A DNA stretch of 63,510 nucleotides, counting the filler. It is 4 parts of 4 records of this genome, joined end to end, with 100 filler letters (N's around TTAATTAATTAA, not from the genome) between each part and the next. Parts side by side here need not be neighbours in the genome. Positions count along the whole stretch, not along the records: positions 36,093 to 63,510 come from SRR20825010_3005; 3 more parts are not named here. One strand, written 5' to 3'. This document shows, piece after piece, positions 58,544-63,510 of this stretch (the first letter of the stretch is position 1; the number at the start of each line of letters is the position of its first letter). Made by a program: the position numbers and the translations under genes. The notes beneath the pieces were generated by a model that saw only the letters and a list, made by a program, of their open reading frames with translations, searched no databases and was not told where the DNA came from.

Positions 58544-59803
58544 TCATTGCCGGACGGTCATGCCGTCGGCCAGGGACATCCGGTAGGCACCGATGGCGGG
58601 AATGAGGCCCGAAAGAATACCGGCACACACAAATCCGCCCAAAATCAGAAGCTCTCTTGCCGAGGGTAACGAGAATGGCAGGTATAGCCCATAGGCTTGA
58701 TCGACAATCGGGCCGGCGATCAGCAGACCGGCAAGGAACAGGAACGTTCCGGCGAGGGCCCCGGCGAGGGCGAGGGTTCCGGCTTCCAGGACCATCAGAC
58801 AGCCAACGGTTCCGGGTCCCGCACCAACGGCCCTGAGAATGGCCATTTCCCGGCGCCGTTCGGACAGGCTGGACAGGATCGCTGCCACCATGCCGATCAG
58901 GGCGGTAAGAACCACCATGCCGGAAACGCCCGCCAGTGCCGACTCGGCCACGCCGATCAGGGACCAGAGTTCCTGCAACGCCACACCGGGCAGGACGGCG
59001 AGCAGGGGTTCCTCGGGATACTCGTTGATCCGGCGCTGCAGGCTGAAGGTCTTCAGCTTGGAGGTCACGCCAACCAGCACGGCTGTGATGCTTTTCGGCG
59101 TCAGCTCCATGGCCCGCACGGCGTCGGCACTGGTGGAGTGGCCGGGAGTGCGTGCGCCGCTTTGCCAGTCGACATGAATTGCCTCGATCGCCTTGAGAGT
59201 GACATGGACTGTGCGGTCGACCGGCGTGCCGGTCTTGGCGAGGATGCCGGAAACCCGGAACGGCATGTCCTCGTGTTTGGTGAAACCGACCGCTCCGAGG
59301 CCGTGCGCCACGACGATCGGATCGCCGACCTTGTAGCCGAGATCGGCGGCAACGTCGGCGCCGAGGACGGCGTCGAAAAGATCGTTGAAGCGTTCCCCCT
59401 TGGCGAGGGTCAGGGGAGCATTGCCGCGAAACCGGTAATGCTCGAAATAGGCATCGGTTGTGCCCATGACCCGGAACCCGCGATGGCTGTCGCCGAGCGA
59501 GATCGGCACGGTCCAGGCCACCTCCGGGCGATCGGCGATGTCTCGGTAGCTTTCCCAGGTGATGTTGTTGGTGGCGTTTCCGATCCGGAAAACAGAATAA
59601 AGCAGCAACTGCACGCTGCCGCTGCGTGCGCCGACGATCAGGTCTGTGCCGGCGATGGTATTCGCGAAACTCGCACGGGCGCCGGTTCTGACGCGCTCGA
59701 CCCCGAGGAAGAGGGCGATGCTGATGGCGAGCGCGAGAATGGTCAGCAGTGCGGTAGAGCGCCGGTTCGCCAGGGATTGCAGACTAAGACGCAGCAGCAT
59801 CAT
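58544..59803 (-). CDS. ABC transporter permease (MacB/FtsX type, zrg operon)
   Basis: GTDLIVGARSG..QLLLYSVF, PISLGDSHRG and ERRREMAILRAVGA. Confidence 0.92.
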   Translation of the reverse strand: MMLLRLSLQSLANRRSTALLTILALAISIALFLGVERVRTGARASFANTIAGTDLIVGARSGSVQLLLYSVFRIGNATNNITWESYRDIADRPEVAWTVPISLGDSHRGFRVMGTTDAYFEHYRFRGNAPLTLAKGERFNDLFDAVLGADVAADLGYKVGDPIVVAHGLGAVGFTKHEDMPFRVSGILAKTGTPVDRTVHVTLKAIEAIHVDWQSGARTPGHSTSADAVRAMELTPKSITAVLVGVTSKLKTFSLQRRINEYPEEPLLAVLPGVALQELWSLIGVAESALAGVSGMVVLTALIGMVAAILSSLSERRREMAILRAVGAGPGTVGCLMVLEAGTLALAGALAGTFLFLAGLLIAGPIVDQAYGLYLPFSLPSARELLILGGFVCAGILSGLIPAIGAYRMSLADGMTVRQ

Positions 59804-60521
59804 GCATTTCCTCGTGGCTCTGAATGTCGGTCAGGCGGATGACGCGATCAAACCAGCCGGACAGACTCTCGTCGTGACTGACCATGAGGAGTGACGATCC
59901 ACTTCGGTCCAGTTGTTTGAAGACCAGCTCGAGAAAGGCTTGCTGGGACTCTCCGTCGAGAGCGGAAGTCGGCTCGTCCGCGATCACCAGTTCGGGGGCG
60001 CCGATCAGGGCCCGGGCGGCGGCGACCCGTTGTTGCTGGCCGGAGCTGAGAAGGGAGGCGGCTTGCCCCTTCTGGATGTCTTCCGGCAATCCAAGCGCGG
60101 TCAGCAGCCGTGCTGCGGCCACATCGTCGCTTTCCGTCTCCCGGACCCGGCTCGCCCGGCTCGGGGCGAAGCTGAGACCGAGACGGACATTGTCCAGGGC
60201 GGAGGCATAGGGCAGCAGGTTGAACATCTGAAAGATGACGCCGAGATGTTCCGCACGGAACCGGTCGCGTTGTGCCGAGGACAGAGAGCGAAGGTCCGTT
60301 CCAAGCAAGTCAATCCGGCCTTTTTGCGGCCGGATGATGCCGGAAATCAGGCCGAGCAGGGTGGACTTTCCTCCCCCGGACGGACCGAGCAGCAAAACCC
60401 GCTCGGCCCTTTCAACCCGGAACCGGTCGACCCCGAACCGGAACGCGCTGCCCGGCCACTGGAACGCGAGATGTTCTAGCAGGACGGTCGGCGATGCCGG
60501 TGGGGGGGATGGTTCGGTCAT
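59784..60521 (-). CDS. ABC transporter ATP-binding protein
   Basis: GPSGGGKST, LSSGQQQR, ADEPT and VSH. Confidence 0.93.
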   Translation of the reverse strand: MTEPSPPPASPTVLLEHLAFQWPGSAFRFGVDRFRVERAERVLLLGPSGGGKSTLLGLISGIIRPQKGRIDLLGTDLRSLSSAQRDRFRAEHLGVIFQMFNLLPYASALDNVRLGLSFAPSRASRVRETESDDVAAARLLTALGLPEDIQKGQAASLLSSGQQQRVAAARALIGAPELVIADEPTSALDGESQQAFLELVFKQLDRSGSSLLMVSHDESLSGWFDRVIRLTDIQSHEEMHDAAAS

Positions 60522-60526
60522 GGCTC

Positions 60527-61075
60527 TCAGTCCAGTGTCAGTGCCGGCTGGTCGGGGCTCACTTCAAACTGGAACTGACCTTTTGGCGAGACGATTTGCA
60601 CGTCAAGTTCCTCGCTGTTCGGAAACTGCTTGAAGAACGGAAAGGAGAACCCGCTGATCTTGGTGGTATCGGTGCAGGTGAACCGGTAGTTCACATGGAA
60701 TTCCATATGTTCGCCGTCATGATCTGCATTCTCGGTCTTTTTATCATGATCATGGTCTTCCTCTTCAAGAAACCGGGTTTCCTTGAGGATACAGCCTGCT
60801 TCACCAGTGGCATGGAACAGGGTATCGCCTTTGGCGAGTTTGGCTTTACCGGCATCGAAAGCATCATGCTGCTCCTTGGTTTCGGGCGAATGCTCGAAAC
60901 CGACGATGTCTGCGCCCGGGATCTCGATCTCCATCTCCATCATTGAGTCTTCAATGGCGATTGTAAGCTGGCCATGACCATGCTCGTGCGCGTCGGCATG
61001 GCGGGTTTCACTGGCGGCGGCCATCGTACTTGTGGCGGTCATCATTACCGCCAGGAAGAGGGGAAGTTTGCTCAT
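60527..61075 (-). CDS. DUF2796 / ZrgA-like periplasmic zinc-binding protein
   Basis: Signal peptide, AHEHG, PGADIVGFEH, His-rich loop and two Cys. Confidence 0.9.
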   Translation of the reverse strand: MSKLPLFLAVMMTATSTMAAASETRHADAHEHGHGQLTIAIEDSMMEMEIEIPGADIVGFEHSPETKEQHDAFDAGKAKLAKGDTLFHATGEAGCILKETRFLEEEDHDHDKKTENADHDGEHMEFHVNYRFTCTDTTKISGFSFPFFKQFPNSEELDVQIVSPKGQFQFEVSPDQPALTLD

Positions 61076-61112
61076 TTGCGAAGCTCCTGAGAGGGGAAGA
61101 TCGGATAACAAT

Positions 61113-61133
61113 AAATGTTATAACGTTACATTT
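61113..61133. promoter_or_regulatory. Putative Zur box
   Basis: AAATGTTATAACGTTACATTT near-palindrome matching the proteobacterial Zur consensus, about 40 nt upstream of the DUF2796 gene. Confidence 0.8.
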
Positions 61134-61170
61134 TTATCCGCGAATCAACTCTTATCTACGCGCTTCGATT

Positions 61171-61356
61171 TTACGGCTGAATTTTGATCTGGGAGCCTTC
61201 ACGCGGGGTGCAGTCCCCGCTAAGCCACTGTTGAACCATGCTTTCCTTGCAAGCAGCCCAAGGACGGTCAATGCCGCCACCGATCTCTTCCTGATAGATC
61301 GTCGCGAAGACGATCACCAGCAGGACGGCGGCTAGGATCCACATATTACGGCTCAT
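61171..61356 (-). CDS. Small membrane-anchored hypothetical protein (61 aa)
   Basis: GAGGAG RBS, N-terminal hydrophobic helix and two Cys. Confidence 0.65.
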   Translation of the reverse strand: MSRNMWILAAVLLVIVFATIYQEEIGGGIDRPWAACKESMVQQWLSGDCTPREGSQIKIQP

Positions 61357-61429
61357 GGCTTCGCTCCTCTGTTCGCTCCATCAGGTGGGAAGTCTTGGAT
61401 GGCGAGAAAAGGGTTAACGCTGCATTTTC

Positions 61430-61891
61430 CTATTCGGCCCACTCGACAATATGATCCGGCAGCTTGTCGTCCGGTACATATTTCTCGGAGACGGCCCGGC
61501 CCCGGACGGATATTCCGGCCACATGCACCATGTCCGGGTCGCCACAGACAAGGTGATGCCAGTGCGGCAAATCCCGTCCTTCCTTCACAAGCCGGTAAGC
61601 GCAGGTCGATGGCATCCAGATCAGATCTTCCAGCACCTCGGGCGTCAGTATGACGCAGTCGGGAACCTTCGCCTTGCGGTTCGGGTAATCCCCGCACTGA
61701 CAGGACTGGCAGTCGAGCAGGGTGCAGGCGACGTCGGTGTAATGCAGATCGTCGGTCACATCGTCGATCAGCTTGACGAGGCAGCACTTGCCGCAACCAT
61801 CGCACAGGGCTTCCCATTGCGACGGGCTCATCTGCTCCAGCGGTGTGGTTTTCCAGTAAGGCGTCCCTGCCTCGTGCTGATTTACAGCCAT
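61430..61891 (-). CDS. YcgN family cysteine-cluster protein (UPF0260)
   Basis: WEALCDGCGKCC, C.LLD…C..Y..R..VPDC and W.P.TCAYR. Confidence 0.92.
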   Translation of the reverse strand: MAVNQHEAGTPYWKTTPLEQMSPSQWEALCDGCGKCCLVKLIDDVTDDLHYTDVACTLLDCQSCQCGDYPNRKAKVPDCVILTPEVLEDLIWMPSTCAYRLVKEGRDLPHWHHLVCGDPDMVHVAGISVRGRAVSEKYVPDDKLPDHIVEWAE

Positions 61892-62743
61892 TCAGTCCTT
61901 GTCCGCGATTTTCGCCAGCACCGGGAGGATATGTTCCCGGAAAGCCGCCGGATTCTCCGACATCGGGAAATGTCCCATGCCGGCCATGATGATCGCTTCC
62001 GCACCGGGAATACGCTCTGCCGTGCGCAGCGTGTCTTCCGGCGTGCAGGAGTAATCATACTCTCCGGTCATCAGATAGACGGGACAGTGCCCCGTGTCGA
62101 TGGTGCTGCTCTCCCGGGCATAGTCGCTGTCGGTCCGGTAGAAGTGCATATCGCCCTTAAAGACCTCCGGCCCGCCCTGATAATAATGCCAGAGTGTCTC
62201 CCAACGGAATTCGTCCGGGCTTTGCGGCGCGACGAGGCCGGAGACCAGAGCCGCGCAGAAATCTCCGCGCAGGAATTCCGGGCTTTCCAGCCAGCTGTTG
62301 TCGTACCAGGGCGAGGGGCTGTCCGAGCCCTCGAGCCCGATGACGCCACGCAGGGCCTTGCCCTGTTCCTGGGCCAGCCGGACCACGACCCGCCCTCCCA
62401 TGGAGCAGCCCATGACAACCGGCCGCTCAAGCTGCATTGCCTGCGAGAAGGCGGCGATTGCCGCGACATAGAACTGGCTGGTCAGTTTATATTCCTCACC
62501 CTCCCAGCCGACCGGCGGGTTCGACTTGCCATGCCAGGGAAGATCGAAGGCAATGACTCGGAACCGGTCCGTTACCGCGTCGTCGCACATCAGGTGACGG
62601 TACTGGTTGGAATGCGCGCCGGCCGTATGTAGGCAAAGCAGAGGAATACCGGCGCCTGCTTCCTCGAAATAGATACGGTAGGGCCGTCCCTCGATGTCGA
62701 GATGGACATAGCGTCCGGTAATCGGCTCGATCCGCGCGCTCAT
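61892..62743 (-). CDS. Alpha/beta fold hydrolase
   Basis: LHTAG, DLPWHGKS, GCSMGG, GEYD and GHFPMSENP. Confidence 0.9.
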   Translation of the reverse strand: MSARIEPITGRYVHLDIEGRPYRIYFEEAGAGIPLLCLHTAGAHSNQYRHLMCDDAVTDRFRVIAFDLPWHGKSNPPVGWEGEEYKLTSQFYVAAIAAFSQAMQLERPVVMGCSMGGRVVVRLAQEQGKALRGVIGLEGSDSPSPWYDNSWLESPEFLRGDFCAALVSGLVAPQSPDEFRWETLWHYYQGGPEVFKGDMHFYRTDSDYARESSTIDTGHCPVYLMTGEYDYSCTPEDTLRTAERIPGAEAIIMAGMGHFPMSENPAAFREHILPVLAKIADKD

Positions 62744-63114
62744 TGGCCTGCCTCCCGGCGAAGCTGGCGCGGCAGGGCCAGAAGTTCCTTCACGTAGCGC
62801 AGGTTATGCAGCAAGGGCGCCGTGTTGCCCTCAAGGCTGGCATGGCCGTAGCGGGTCATCGCGAATAGGTCCTGATAACCCGGTGGCGGCATGTCGGAGC
62901 TGAACACGTCCCAGACTTCCTTTGGTGCCCGGATGGCGAAATCCCAGCTTCGCATCTTGAACGGGCCGATCTCGACTGCCGTTACCTGGCCGCTCTCGAC
63001 CGTGACATGATAGGGCGTGTCGCCGACTTCCAGCAGGAAGCGGGCATGCATGTAACGCCCGATACGCTGCAGGTCCGGTCGCGCCGCGACAGCGTTTTTC
63101 AAGCAGTCGAACAT
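62740..63114 (-). CDS. Hypothetical protein (possible SCP2-like fold)
   Basis: AAGGAG RBS and ATGA overlap with the hydrolase. Confidence 0.75.
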   Translation of the reverse strand: MFDCLKNAVAARPDLQRIGRYMHARFLLEVGDTPYHVTVESGQVTAVEIGPFKMRSWDFAIRAPKEVWDVFSSDMPPPGYQDLFAMTRYGHASLEGNTAPLLHNLRYVKELLALPRQLRREAGQ

Positions 63115-63146
63115 GGAATTTCTCCTTAACTTTGGGGAGCTTGACC

Positions 63147-63510
63147 TCAATAAACGGTACGGCCGCCGGATACATCGAAACAGGCGCCGGTGCTGAAGCT
63201 GCATTCCTCGGACAGCAGCCAGCACACCATCGAGGCGCATTCCTCGGCGGTGCCGAGACGCTTCAACGGGCTTTTAGAGATCATGACCTCCACATGCGCG
63301 GGATCCATCCGGTCCACCATCTCTGTGTCGAGGGCGGCGGGGGCCACCGAATTGACCAGCACGCCGGTGCCGGCCAGCTCCTTGCCCATGGATTTGGTAA
63401 GTGCGATGACACCGGCCTTGGCAGCACTGTAGGCGGGGGCGTTCGGGGTGCCTTCCTTGCCGGCGAGCGACGCAATATTCACGATCCGGCCGTAGCCGCG
63501 CCCGACCATG
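63147..63510 (-). CDS. SDR family oxidoreductase (5' truncated by window end)
   Basis: GRIVNIAS, YSAAK and FDVSGG. Confidence 0.9.
   Translation of the reverse strand, partial: MVGRGYGRIVNIASLAGKEGTPNAPAYSAAKAGVIALTKSMGKELAGTGVLVNSVAPAALDTEMVDRMDPAHVEVMISKSPLKRLGTAEECASMVCWLLSEECSFSTGACFDVSGGRTVY

Overview
The window is not one locus. It is four unrelated contig fragments joined by artificial 100-nt spacers (N44-TTAATTAATTAA-N44 at 10596-10695, 22098-22197 and 35993-36092). Segment 1 (1-10595) looks gammaproteobacterial (Alcanivorax-like, by inference). It carries degQ, a methyltransferase, a 654-aa secreted unknown protein, trmH, a CoA-transferase, a ~267-bp MITE that splits a small membrane-protein gene, a DUF962 + truncated-globin pair, a serine hydrolase, DUF3565, a partial BCCT transporter and REP elements. 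Segment 2 (10696-22097) is an alphaproteobacterial-type catabolic cluster of unknown substrate: IlvD/Edd dehydratase, 2-hydroxyacid dehydrogenase, ketopantoate-reductase-like protein, two SDRs, a TIM-barrel epimerase, GlcG, IclR, TauE, an amidohydrolase, a dihydroxyphthalate-decarboxylase-like protein and GntR. Segment 3 (22198-35992) is an alphaproteobacterial core region: ileS-lspA-DUF3035-M16-M16-pgi-mutL, a HAD nucleotidase, an EF-hand protein, DUF2336 with CtrA-type boxes, DUF1036 and argB. Segment 4 (36093-63510) looks Rhodospirillales-like. It has a singlet-oxygen-type photolyase/furan-fatty-acid operon with two RpoE-type promoters, csp, tandem STAS/SEC14-like genes, an unannotated 56-aa ORF, a KpsF-like isomerase and a SufR-like regulator. 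It continues with a peroxiredoxin-fold/2OG-Fe(II) oxygenase fusion in front of an ECF sigma/anti-sigma pair, cysD/cysNC, D-amino-acid enzymes, a Zur-boxed zrg-type zinc operon and YcgN. No rRNA, tRNA, CRISPR array, phage or defence genes were recognised. All product calls come from motif and family recognition by eye, with no database search. Start codons are best estimates.
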